Shown piece by piece: positions 1-59,059 of a DNA stretch of 64,000 bases. The position numbers were made by a program, and so were the translations under genes. The notes below the pieces were generated by a model. The model worked only from the letters and a program-made list of their open reading frames with translations, was not told where the DNA came from and ran no database searches. The first letter of the stretch is position 1; every line of letters begins with the position of its first letter. Origin of the DNA: Vicugna vicugna (taxonomy: Eukaryota); the NCBI GenBank assembly GCA_013265495.1, contig MU059072.1, positions 4,720,936 to 4,784,935 on the forward strand. The letters run 5' to 3'.

Positions 1-245
1 GTAAGAAAAGTGAGCTCTGAGGACTAGGTGTTGGGACGTGCACAAATTTAGAAGGTTAAGGGAGGGAGAGAAGGATGTGGCTTGAGAGAAAAGAGAATAT
101 TGTCATTTTAAGGAAAGTTTGGGAGAAGAAGTTCTCAAGCACAGAGGAAATCAGCAGACTTAGGTGTTGCAAAAGATAAAAAGGAATGAGACAAAATCAC
201 TGGGCTTAACACTTGGAAGTCATTGTTGACTTTTAAAACCTTCCA
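1..245 (-). mobile_element. L2 LINE remnant
   Basis: Purine-rich; GGAAGTCATTGTTGACTTT resembles the L2 consensus; by eye. Confidence 0.4.
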
Positions 246-299
246 TGAGCACAACCAGACAATGGATATCCAGAATCAGAAAAAAAAGTACACTCCTTC

Positions 300-1140
300 T
301 CCCGATAACTTCACTTTTGGGAATCTTGCCAAAGGAAATTAATCCTAAACTTAGAAAAGCTAACCTCATCAAGATGTTTGTTACAGAGTTGTTTACAAGG
401 GAGGAGAATGGAAATAGCCTAAAAGCTCAACAAATAAAATGTTGAACTAAACTAAGGTATGCTCACTTGATGATATAGTAAATAACCATTTATAAAGTAT
501 AAAGTCAATTTTTAAATACTATTTCCAACTAAAAGGGATAAGGTTCCCTTGAAGAAATGACTGATTTCAATGTCATGAAAAACAAACTAGCAAGAAAAAA
601 ACGTGGAACTATTTGAGATTTAAAGATATTAAAGAAACCTAAAAATGCAATGGGGGAAACTTGATAAATCCTGAACCAGGATAAAAAAAAATATATATAT
701 ATATATGTACATGTATATATACATACATACACATACACACATATGACTTTGTGGGGAGACTTAATATGGACTGGATCATAGACAAAACTATTATGCTAAT
801 GGTCTTATGGCCCTACAGAAGAATTCCCTATTTTTAGGAAATGGCTGCTGAAGTAGAGCTGAAGTGTCATGATATCTGTAACTTGCATCAAATGGTTAAA
901 AAAAAAAAAAGACTGGGAGTTGGAATAGAGCAAATGTGGCAAAATGTTAAAAAGTAGTGAATCCAGGTGAAGGATATACAGATTTCCACTGTACTTTGAT
1001 TTTTTTCATAGGTTTGAAATTTTCTGAAAAAAAAAATAGTTGGAAGAAAATAAAGCTTACATAATAAAAATAGTGAAATTATGTAATGTTAAGTGGAAAA
1101 ACTAAGGGCATAAAATTATATGTATCACAATTATAGCTAT
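300..1140 (+). mobile_element. Old L1M (L1MC/ME-type) 3' region
   Basis: Signature GCAAATGTGGCAAAATGTTAA...GAATCCAGGTGAAGG...GTTTGAAATTTT followed by A-rich tail. Confidence 0.7.
688..743. repeat. A-run plus (AT)/(AC) compound microsatellite
   Basis: aaaatatatatatatatatgtacatgtatatatacatacatacacatacacacat. Confidence 0.85.
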
Positions 1141-1164
1141 ATAAAAATAAGAACAAGAGAAAAG

Positions 1165-2010
1165 ATCTTTATTCATTTCAACATTTATTCAGTTCCCACC
1201 ACATGACAGACTCTACACTAACTGATGGGAACACCTGGTTCCCCTTCAGAATTCTGTCTATGTTGCAATGTTTAACATGCTTAACTGCAAGACCTTGGAT
1301 CTGGCAAACTCCACCCAAGTCTCAGAGGAGCCTTGCTGTGATGGCCACACTTTGGTACCCTTGGTTTCTAGCAAGTTTCCTGGCACCATGAGGTGCCTCA
1401 ATAATGCCAATTTCCAGGAGCCCACACTCTGGTAGGGGAGGAAAGTGCATTAACAGAAAGTTTAAAGCGAGTAAGTTCATGGTGCATACATGGTATTACA
1501 GCTTTTTAATTATCATTTAAACTCCACCCTTATAATATCCTCCCTCCTCCTCATCTGACTTTATTTTCCTATTCTTCCTCACTATGAATCTGCTCCTTTT
1601 TCATGGTATGCTAGTTCCCACTTCGATACCTTCACTCAACCCATGCTGATCTCTGGGCATGGAATAACCTTTCACTCCTTTGCGTCATCTGTCCAAATCC
1701 TACCCAGCTCAGGTCTACACCCTCCATGAAACCTGTCGTTTTCTGTGCAGACTTGATTGATTTCATTCCTCTAAGCTGTCAGCTTAACTCTGTATTTCCT
1801 AAACATCTGTGGCTTCCTTTGACATCTACCATTGTAAGCATTTCACAGTTTTCAAATACTGTTCATATCCATCATTTCCCCTAATCCTCACAGGACAATC
1901 ATCATGCCCTTTGCAGATACAAGACAAGTGAGGATCAGTGGCATCGAGTCCCTCACCACTGATCCACAGAGATTTGGCTAGTGCATACAACTGTTAGACT
2001 CCTGAGTCAG
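1165..2010. mobile_element. L2 fragments (3' end on -, pyrimidine-rich piece on +)
   Basis: ATTCATTTCAACATTTATTCAG and TCCAAATCCTACCCA-type L2 motifs. Confidence 0.5.
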
Positions 2011-2205
2011 TCATCTGGTGATTGAGTAGACCCTCCAATATGGATGAACTGGACCACTCTCCTAGTATTTCTTATCTCCATGTCCAGCTTTGCTTTGTTA
2101 GTCAATGCTTAAGACTGCATGTTTTTACAATATACACATGTTATTTTCTCTATTAGACTTCATGAAGCCAGGCACAATATCAGATATTTCAGTATCTCCT
2201 ACAGT

Positions 2206-2370
2206 CCTGCTACTCAAAGTGTGGTGGGGGGAACCAGCTGCATCTGTATCATCTGGGAGCCTGTTCCAACTACAGTTTGGGACTCTATCCCAGCTAGAGC
2301 TACAGAAACAGAAACTGCAGTTTTACAAGTTCCAGAGATTCGTGTTCACATTAAAGTGTGGAAAGCACTG
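2206..2370 (+). mobile_element. MER5A-type hAT-Charlie MITE
   Basis: TGCTACTCAAAGTGTGGT...CATCTGGGAGCCTGTT...CACATTAAAGTGTGGAAAGCACTG matches recalled MER5A ends. Confidence 0.8.
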
Positions 2371-3624
2371 TCCTGTAACACCAACTAGAATATACACAAA
2401 CCAGAAACCACAAATATTTTGAGACCTGAGGCCCTGGGAATCCTAAGGGATTCTCTGTTTTGCCATCACATCCTACTGTACTCCAGCTGTGAGCCCCCTT
2501 CCCTTCGGGGCCTCTCATGGCTCTTTGCTCCCTCACAAGGCAGATTTGAGCCTAAGAGTGAGGGAGACACTGAGGCAGTGCCCAGGGGGGATGTTGCTGA
2601 GCTTGAAGCCACTACTTTTCTACCAGAGTCAAAAGCAAATGTTGGTGTCAGCTTCAGGGCTACAACATTTCTAAGGAGATATTGGCTTTATTTCTAAGAC
2701 AAAAATACCTATTGCTTGAGCATCTGAGCCTCTAGAGGATAAGGGGTTTGTGATAGACAACGCTGGAACTGTTTCTAGACTTGATTTATTGACTTGTCTG
2801 TTTCTATTTTGTCACTAATCTGATTGACAATGAAACCAAGGAAATGACTTGAAGGGATTTCTCTGTGTGTGCGCTCTGCTATCAAGGGCCAGGTGGACCT
2901 GCTTGGAGCGGGTACGCCCGTGGGTGGGAGGCGTTTGTGTAAGGGCTGTTTGTATGTGAGGAGGGCGTGTGTGGAAACCACACGGGAGAAGTGGGTGCCT
3001 CTAGGGAGCTGATTGTCTGTGATGTGAGATGTGTCTGCCTGTGGTGGGCTCGAGTATATGCGATGGGAGCAGTTGGATGGGAGCAGGTAGGTGGGGCTCC
3101 CACTGTAGCACGCGGGAGGGGGTATTTACAGAAACATCTTACAGAACAGCCCCTCCCGCGCCCCCATCCCAATTTTTCCTTTTAGGATATAATTTCCCAG
3201 GTGGGAGGCCTTAGGGGAGGGAAAAGGAGGAGTGGAGGGCTTCAAAGGACCAGGAACCCAGGAGCCTAAGGGCTCCTCTCTCGGCGTCGCGCGCGAGGTC
3301 GGAGCCCGGGAGGGGGAACAAACGTGGACAGGTGCGCCCCCACAGAGGCACGCGTGGCGACACGTGGAGCATTCATCCTCAGTCCGGGAATTGCATACCC
3401 TGCCCTGGTGTCGCCACTTCACTTTTTGTCTGTCCATACTGGCTGGAAGCCTGCGCCCCGTCTTCTCGGTGGGGCCGGGGGAGGTCGACCCCGTTAGGTA
3501 GCGGAACCCCGCCCCTCCCTTGTTACTGACGAGCCCCGCCCTCTCCCGCCGCCCCGCGGAGCCCCGCCCCCTCCCCGCCCCCCGCCCGGCCACAGCGCTC
3601 CCCTAGCTCAGTCTGGTTGGCCCC

Positions 3625-22353
<18,729 letters not shown>

Positions 22354-22649
22354 ATGTGAGGCCCAGGCACTGTGACAGATCTGGATCCAGCCCTGTGCCC
22401 GTCCCCTGGCTGAGGGCTGTGGCCCTTCCCCGGTCCGCAAGATCTCTCGAGCGTTTCTTCCCTTCTCCCTGGGATGGAAGCTGGAGATTCCTTAATTTAT
22501 TCTAAAGGGGAAGGTCTACTGGGGCCTCGGAGTAAGAGAGGCAGTCTGGAGCTGAGGATAGAGGGATCCTTGGGAAGAAAGGATAGCTCCTGGAGGAAGG
22601 GGGCTTCAGAATGATGTCCTGAGGAGTTTAAGATCGATAGTTCCAGCCC

Positions 22650-23750
22650 CTTTCCGCCCCTAGGGCAGAGGTGGCGACCCCCTACTCCACCACCTTCTTC
22701 CCCGTGGTGTGGAGAGGTGGATGCGGGGTGGAGCTGTACGCGGCCGGCGGGGTGGCCCGACCACCTCCGCCTGCCCCCACCCCAAACCCCGGTGGGCTCC
22801 TTCCAGAGTCTGGTGCGGGGCTTCGGGAAAGCAGACCCCTGGGAAGGAGATGGCATGGGGGCGGGGAAGGATGGGAAGGGCCGGAGGGAACTTGTGCAGG
22901 CCCCGCGCCGCCCCGGCTACGGGCCAGAGGCAATAAATAAACCCATTCCTGCCAGGCACAGCCGCGTCCGTGCCTCCAGCGCCGCCCCCCGGGCCGACGG
23001 GGGAGGGAACAGCAGAGCGAGCACTGATTGTATTTATAAATCAGTTCTGGAGCAGACACAGGCCGGCTGTGAAAAGCACTTTCGAAGCATCAAGTTCCTT
23101 CCTTTGACGAGATGTCAAAACATCCCCCGCCGCCGCCGCCGCCCCCACCCCGGCTGGGGGCACCCAGAGCCGGCCGGCCGCGCGACGCCCTCTCCCCGCC
23201 GCCCCGACGAGCGCCAACTCCCTGAGAGCGCGTCCAGTTTCCTGCCAACAGCCATTTGTCTGGGAGGAGGGGAGCCGCGGAGAGACAAAGGGGCAGCGCG
23301 CCAGACGGGAGGGAGCGGGGAGGCACTGCCACGCGGAAGCCGTGCGCCGGCGGAGGCGGGAAAGCTGGCGCGACCGACTGTGTTCCCTTTCCAGAGGAAG
23401 CAGAGACCGGCCTCATGCCCTTGGACGCACTTCCTCGGAAGGATGGGTACGGCTCCCGACGCCTGCGGCCAACTGGTCAACCCGAATCTCCCTGGCAGCT
23501 GTGGCGCCGGGTCCTTGGCTGAGCCTGGCGGGGTTGTCCGCGCGCGCCCCCCGCTGGCCGTGCCTCTAGCCTCAAGGCCACACCACCGGATCGCCCCGGC
23601 CCGCGCCCACTGCTGGAACCCGGGAAGGCCTGGGGCCCAGTCCCTGGAAATAACACTGGGCCGCCAGGCAGAGCTGCTGTCAAACCACCTCAGGCCCGTC
23701 CTCTTGCTCCGACGGGCAAGCTAAACAGAAACTCCCGCCGACGACCTGGC
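22650..23750. promoter_or_regulatory. CpG island over the SHF 3' end and the SHF-DUOX1 intergenic gap
   Basis: High GC and CpG content by eye; (CCG)5 at 23127-23141; GC boxes. Confidence 0.75.
22932..22941 (+). terminator. SHF poly(A) signal (two overlapping AATAAA)
   Basis: AATAAATAAA about 580 nt after the SHF stop. Confidence 0.75.
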
Positions 23751-23989
23751 AGAACTAACACCTGCGGGAAACGGCTGCCCTGGGAGGCTAGTCTCAGGGC
23801 CCCCTCCAGAACCTGAACTTGTACCCCTCAGTGTGGTGTGAAGCAGGGGATTTTTGATTTCCTAATCTAGTGGCTGGTTTATCGAAATCGATGATATGTA
23901 ATCTGACAAATGTAAGAATTCTCTAAGGACAATGGAAAGGATCACTTGAAATTAGGTCCTGCTTCAGAAATTCCTTCACAGAGGTTGCC

Positions 23990-24130
23990 CTATCTAAGTA
24001 GACATGGAGGGCATTCAGTTATTTTGCAGATGAGAAAACAGAGGTCCAAAGAAGCTAACTGATGCGCTCAACTGTCTCTTCACTGTCATATCGCTACCTG
24101 GAAGATTCATGTAGGCACAGGTACTCAACC
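23990..24130 (-). mobile_element. MIR SINE fragment
   Basis: ATTTTGCAGATGAGAAAACAGAGGTCCAAAGAAG. Confidence 0.7.
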
Positions 24131-24402
24131 CTCCCACTGCTCAGAGCAGGGGAGTAACTGAGGTCTTGGAGCAGGCCAGGTGTACTCTGGCTCCCTGTAG
24201 GCTCCTGCTACGTCCCACTATTCCCCCACTTTGTGCTCAGCCGACCTTCTCCAGAATCCCCCACACCTCTCTGCCCCTCCTGATCAGGCCTCAGAAGCTG
24301 CACACTTGCTGCCCTGAGAGCCTCTCTGTTAGGAAAGGTGCCCCTGATCAGGGAAAGGGCTCTCTAGCTGGAGTATTTGGCTTGGGGTGGGGCGATGGTT
24401 CC

Positions 24403-24408
24403 TTTATT
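24403..24408 (-). terminator. DUOX1 poly(A) signal
   Basis: TTTATT on + is AATAAA on -, about 750 nt past the DUOX1 stop. Confidence 0.65.
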
Positions 24409-24835
24409 CAGTGGATACTGGCAAGCTCAGAGAGACTGTCTGGACCAGTTTTAGTGAGCTGGCTGCATGAGTGGCTTCCTCTGCCAGTACCTACTCTATC
24501 CTGGAGCAAAATAAACTCTAAGGGCAGAAAAGTAGTTTATCTGTAAAGAGACAGAGCAGGAAGAGGAGAGAAGAACTGAGAACTGAGACAGGTTGGGCCA
24601 CGTTATGACTATAGTACATGTTTAAAAAGTTGGGAGAAAAGATCATTTGTGCTGTTAGAATGGGGTGCTGAGGGGGTTCCTACAAATTGCTCTCTGTAGG
24701 TACAGCCCCCTACCCCTTCTAAGGCATTTGACAACCTTTTTGACATGGGGAGCCCAGAGGAGGGGGAGATTTGGGAGAAGGGGTTTTAAGATGCCAGCTT
24801 CTGTGCCCCCTCTTCATTCTCAGGCTCAGTCCCCT

Positions 24836-24857
24836 ACACACACACACACACACACAC
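24836..24857. repeat. (AC)11 in the DUOX1 3' UTR ((UG)11 in mRNA)
   Basis: Seen directly. Confidence 0.92.
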
Positions 24858-25158
24858 AAATTTGTCAGCTCCAGCCTTTTTTTTTCCTATTTTGGAAAAA
24901 GAGGTGTCACTCTGCCCCAAAGCAATAATAGCTCTCCTGCCTCCCAACCTCTAGCCCCCTCCCATTTCTCCAGACTAAGACATTCTGGGCCTGGGAGCCC
25001 CTGAACCCACATGGAGTTACTGTCCATGGTCACCTGAACCTAAGTTGGGAGGTGGGAATGGGAAGATGGTTGAAGGAGCCAGAAACAGCAAGTACAGAGG
25101 TGAAGTGTGGGCCCAAACCTCTCAGCTGGGTGGTGGGCGGAGCCCCTGGGCAGGAGGC

Positions 25159-53963
<28,805 letters not shown>

Positions 53964-54164
53964 GATGAAAATGTTAATAGGGCTCAGGTGTTAGAACACT
54001 CTAAAATGAAGACCCTAGAAAAAGACAAAGGACAGAGAGAATGAGCTCCAGCAGTTCGGGAGAATCAGGCCAGGGCCTCTGGAGGCCCCTATGAATCAAG
54101 ACATGTGGCTAGGCCCAGGCCTCAGTGTGTAGCAAATAGCAGGAGACTTAATCTCTCTCAAGGA

Positions 54165-54560
54165 TCTTTTATTCATTTAACAAACAGTTGATAAGCACCC
54201 ACTACATACTGGGCATTGATAAACAAAGCAGGCAGAAATCCCTGCCTTCCTGGACTTTACTTCTAAGATTAACTGAAAACCTTGCTTTGGCCCAGTTTCC
54301 TGCAGTGTGTGTTCCTTGGACAGAGCCTTGCTTGGGGGCTAGAACACTGGGTTCTAAGGCCAGGATGATGCACTGCTGCCAGCCCACTAGTATGATCTTA
54401 GGCAGGTCATTTATCTGGACTGGACCTTGGGTTCCTCTTCCAGCTATAGGAGTAAATCTGCCTGAACTATGGGAGTGAACTTGCCTGTCTACCTCCTAGC
54501 CTAGTTGCCAGAATCAAATGTGAGAATGAGGTTGAATTCAAAGCAAGAAAATTGACAGGT
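54165..54560. mobile_element. L2 3' end (-) followed by MIR (+)
   Basis: TTCATTTAACAAACAGTTGATAAGCAC; TATGATCTTAGGCAGGTCATTTATCT. Confidence 0.6.
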
Positions 54561-55816
54561 GTTATGTAAATGTGATACAGAGAGGGTGGTCTGAAGCTTG
54601 GCTCCCCTGAGCAGACTCAGAAGGGATGCAGCCCCAGATGTTCATGTGCTTGGTGTTGGCTTCCTGCTCTCTCTCCCAGCCCAACAAATCACCTCACAGA
54701 GGGAAACAGAGGCAGCAGGGGAATCAGACTGGGACTCCTGAGTGGCACAAGGAATGCCTATGGCCAGCCAAGACCTCCTAAAGGCAATGTGGAGATTGAA
54801 GGTGGGCGGAGCTGGGAACTATCTGGTAGAGGAAGGTGGGAGCTCAGGGAAAGCCTCATCTCTAGCCAAACCCTCAGGGCTCCTGGACAGGTTGTTGTCA
54901 CAGAGAGGAAACCCAGAGGATGATCTCCTTCCCACTTGCCATCTCCCATTAAACAAATGAATAAAACCTAGGCCCAGTCACAATTCAAAAGCTCAGCATT
55001 CCAGCCACTCCACCTCAGAGACTGTCCAGAGGCAAGCTTTTGATAGTGTGTGAAGTGCAGGGCTTTGGATGGTTGAAGCCCTAAGGCTGGACATGCTGAA
55101 GTGGCCATAGTGGTCCTTCCCTGGTCTAGGATGTCTTGCCCCTTCTCCCCTACCACCGTGTCTTCAGGATTCTTGGCCCCAGTCCCAGTACCACGAAACT
55201 AATAAAAGCATGTGGTGAGCTTTCAGGCCAGGCTGTGGGGACAACCGAAAGGGGAATGTGGACATGCTTAACAGCCACTCCTTTTGGGTAGGTAACGACA
55301 ACCGTTTACACAGCAACACTGGTTGGGAACTTCCCCAAAACCTTGAAAGAAAGCACAACCTCATGACAGGACATTGAAACCCTAGGTAGCGGTAGGACCA
55401 GGTAGAGAACACAGGCTGCCTGGTTCTTGCCCCACAGGGCTGCTTTTCCAGCTTAAAGTCCTAGAGTGGTCCCAAGGGAGGGCTGAAGGAGAAAGCCTGG
55501 ACTGTAAAGTCCTGAAGTTCTCTCCCTGGCATGATGCGGCAGGAGGAGCTCCAGAGAGAGCCCCTAGGCCCAAGCAAAGTAGGTCACCCAACATTCCCAG
55601 CTCCCGAAGAATCCAGTCTTCCAAAACCTTGGCGGGGTGGAGGATAGGCCCTTACACAGCTCACTTTAGCCTCGGGCTACGAACGGAGGCGCAGGGGGGC
55701 CAGAGCTAGAATTCCCCTTCCCTCAAAAACGTGGCGGAGCTGGGCCACACGCCACCGCCGTCACCTCCCCCGGAGCGCGCCGGGCCCGCCGGCAGAAGAG
55801 CCCTCCTGGGTCTGAC

Positions 55817-55920
55817 CTGAGGCCGCGGCGTCCCTCCAGCGCCGACTGCGATTGGCTCCCGCCTGGCTCTCCGCTGGGCCCGCGACGCCCGCTCGGGTCC
55901 GGGTCCCTCTCAGGCTCTGC
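55817..55920 (-). other. DUOX1: DUOX1 non-coding exon 1 (5' end approximate)
   Basis: GCAGAGCC...GCGGCCTCAG|gtcaga inside the CpG island; resembles the recalled human first exon. Confidence 0.65.
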
Positions 55921-56004
55921 GCCGGGGCGGGCGGGGCTGGGGGGTGAAGAGGGGACGGCGCGCCCCAGCTGTAAGGCAGGGCGAGGAGGGGTGGGGCGGG
56001 ATAG

Positions 56005-56059
56005 GAGCCCGCGCGCCGGGGAACCGCTGAGGTGCTCCGAGGGGACCCGGGCGCGCAAG
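56005..56059 (+). other. DUOXA1: Probable DUOXA1 non-coding exon 1 (5' end approximate)
   Basis: Ends GCGCAAG|GTGAGA, a strong donor in the CpG island, divergent from DUOX1. Confidence 0.55.
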
Positions 56060-59059
56060 GTGAGACGGCACGGGCTCCCAGGGCGCAGGTGGGGTAGATG
56101 TGCCGTCGGTGGCGAGGCTCGACTAATGAGGCCGCGTGGACAGCGAAAAGGGCAAGTCTGCTTCTACAGGTCGGCTGGGACTGGGGAGAGGGCGGAAGCG
56201 GGGGAGACGGGGCGAGGGGGCGGGGGAGGCTCTCCCCACATCCCCTCCACGCGGGCGGAACTGGGCTCTAAGACCAAGAGGATGGTCAACGCCCGCAGAC
56301 CAGGCCAAGCGTCGGAGCAAGGCGTGCGTCCTAAGACCCGTAAGAGTCTGTGGTAACCCCTGCTCTGAGTTCATCGTGAGATCTCGGGGGTCTTAACGCC
56401 TTCGAGACCCGCCCGCGCCCCGCCGGACCCCGGATTGACTGCATCGCTAGGTTTGTGCTGAAGCTGCCTGGGGTTCTGGGCAAGGAGAAGGAGGGGTCAG
56501 AGGGATGGCTGCGGAGGGGCCAGTTCTCTTGTACCCGTCCCTTCTCTGTCCCAGGCTAGGGGAGGGGAGCTGGGGGCAGGCGCAGCGCCACAGAGCCTCG
56601 GGTGCCGTCTGGGAAGGTTGAGAGCGACTTGGGAGTGGGGGGGCGGGAAAGCATCCAGGACCCGGTTTGTCCGGTCATAGCCTAGAAGAGTGGGGGTTGG
56701 AAGGGAGCCCCGCCATGAGAAAGGGCGTGCGCTTTTGACTACTGAAAGTCCAGGTCTGGTTCCTTCTCTATCCTACCCCTGGGAGTGTTGCGTGTGAGGT
56801 TCCACCAGGAGAAGCGACTGGCGTGGACTGCCAGGCACACATTTGATAGAAGAGGCGAAGGTAGGAAACAGTGATCTGGGTTTGAGGGGCAGGGATGCGG
56901 TTGCTGGGGTAGGTGTGGTCCAGGGGTTTTGGAGTGGTCCTTGAAGTGCCGCCCCAGCCCCTGCCCTTAGGGGCGCACTTCCTACGTCCACCCACACCAA
57001 ATTCAGATCAAGTGGGAGTTCAAAGAGAAAGTCTGGTGAGAAACTAAGAAGAGGCAACAACAAACAGACAAAATCACAACTTAATAAGGCCTCAAGATTT
57101 ACAGACATCGAATCCTTATCTCGGCTTAACTGAAACCTAGATAGTTTGGCTGGCATGATTTGACACCCCTGGGCTCCCTACCCACCTCAGCCCTTACTAG
57201 GTATTCCTGTGCCGACCCACTTTTCAGATCTTGTTCTGTTTCTCCACTTAACTCCTTCTTTAATGCAAAGACACATGTACACATGCCCACATACCTTCTT
57301 GAAGAAAAGAGAATGGACAGGGTCCCCTCAGCCATCCAGAACCATATAAACTGAATGGGGTCCACCCCAACCAGAGAAGTAAACCATCACATTCTAGTAC
57401 CTGTGAATCACCAATCAGAGCTTTGGCAACTCCAGGCAAGTTACCCACTCCCCCTTTGTAAAGAGTTAGTAGTCTTTATGGATTCCAGAAGAGGGAGGCA
57501 GTCAGGGGAAGACTTCAAGAAGAAATTCTTGTGACGCTGCCAGAGAGGCAATGGAGCATTAAGAAAGCACATAAGAACTATGAATGTGCAAGTCTGGAGC
57601 TTATACTAGGCTATATTTCCTTAAAGACTGTAACTTTATTTCTTGCTCATCCCTCATATACACACACACAGGGAAACCTCACTTCATCCTGTGGTAGGTA
57701 AGGAATGGGTTACTGTGTCTGAAACAACTGATCAAGAGAAATGCTTTACAATTTTAAGGGAGTTCAGAAAGAGAAGGTAAGAAAGGTCTCTGCAGGTCAA
57801 GTAAGAAAGGAGGACCCCAAAGTGTGGGGATTTGGCCCACTCAGTGAGAAAGTGCCTCAATTTTCTCACAGGGGCCTCTGATGGAGGGCCTTTTTCTCTA
57901 GATGTCTGTGTTACTGGGAACTCCTTCCTTCTTGTGTCTGTATTTCTATGAACCCATAGGTGTATGTCTGACTGTATCTTGTGCTTATTTATATCAATGT
58001 ACATTGTGTACACATAACAATCATGGTTATCAGCTAGGGAAGATTAACATGAGATTTCTCTCACATTAGAAAGAATTTTACTGTCAAACCTTCCTTGGCA
58101 AGCCAGGGAGGGGTGTTCCCAAGGGAAATCACAAACGTTATAGGAAAAGCAAGATTGCTAGGTGTGGGGACTTTTCATTTCAGTCCTACCTCTTCATGCA
58201 GGAGGCCTGTTAGCTTAATAATTAAAACCAAATTAGGATCAGGGTCATAAAAAATAAATTGGGCAATGTATATTAAAGAAGACCTGATTCGTTAAATTGA
58301 ACAAGAAGGAATTAAACAAGGCAAATTTTATTCACCAAGTGTCTTTGCTTTAGTCATCTTTAATAAATATTTTGGAGAACTGGGAATAAGTTAACAGTGT
58401 TCTTCTGGACCTAAGGTACAGAAAGCCTTTTGTTAGTGTTTCTTTGAAGTACCATGTTAATAGGGATGAGCCATTCTTATAAAATATTTTATAACCTTCC
58501 TTTCAAATAAATGCAGGAATAATGCTAATATATGACTCTGACCAAAATACATTACACCATTATTATTTGCTTTTATTTTTATTTGTTTTTGAGATTCCAG
58601 CATATAACATGTACTCTTACTTGAATACTATGTATTCAAACTTGCTTTATCTTCCTATTTTAATAACCAAGATATTCTACATTTTATAGCCTTTCCTTAA
58701 AACATAGCTTTCCATCAACATTATAATAGCTTCAGTCTAGGTGTCACAAATAAAGAAAATTCTTAGACCAATAAACATCTGCTTTAAAATAAGCATCACT
58801 ATCACATATTTTACAAAATAATTTAATCCACAAATTCTAACTCATTTTCAGCTAGAGTTGAAATGTATGTTTCAGATTCAATTAAACATGACCATTCATG
58901 TTTTGGAGTCTCCAACTATTGGAAGAGGCTTTCTGAAAATTCTGTGAAAGCACTAAAAATTGACAACACTAAAAATCCCTTCCTGCCCAGTCCTTAGCCC
59001 TTTGTTGGTGATACTCAGTTAACATTGAATAAGCATCGTATAGGGCAATGAGGGAACAT

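Larger units (their letters stand above)
55650..56720. promoter_or_regulatory. CpG island and bidirectional DUOX1/DUOXA1 promoter
   Basis: CpG-dense; GC boxes GGGGCGGG near 55924 and 55993; ATTGG (inverted CCAAT) at 55851; divergent first-exon donors at 55816 (-) and 56060 (+). Confidence 0.85.

Noticed and set aside
1-3600. tRNA-His genes recalled upstream of human SHF
   Set aside because: No GCCGTGATCGTATAGTGG or GGTTCGAATCC sequence seen; if present they lie outside the window
22664-22677. CTCF-like GGCAGAGGTGGCGA
   Set aside because: Only the 3' half fits the consensus; too weak without a PWM scan or ChIP
22717-23724. 335-aa ORF over the orphan CpG island
   Set aside because: Low-complexity Arg/Pro/Gly/Ala product, no recognisable domain, GTG/TTG-type start; long stop-free frames are expected in very GC-rich DNA
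56780-56860. Possible second 5' UTR exon of DUOXA1 ending GCGAAG|GTAGGA
   Set aside because: Donor is plausible but I could not fix a convincing acceptor; needs transcript data
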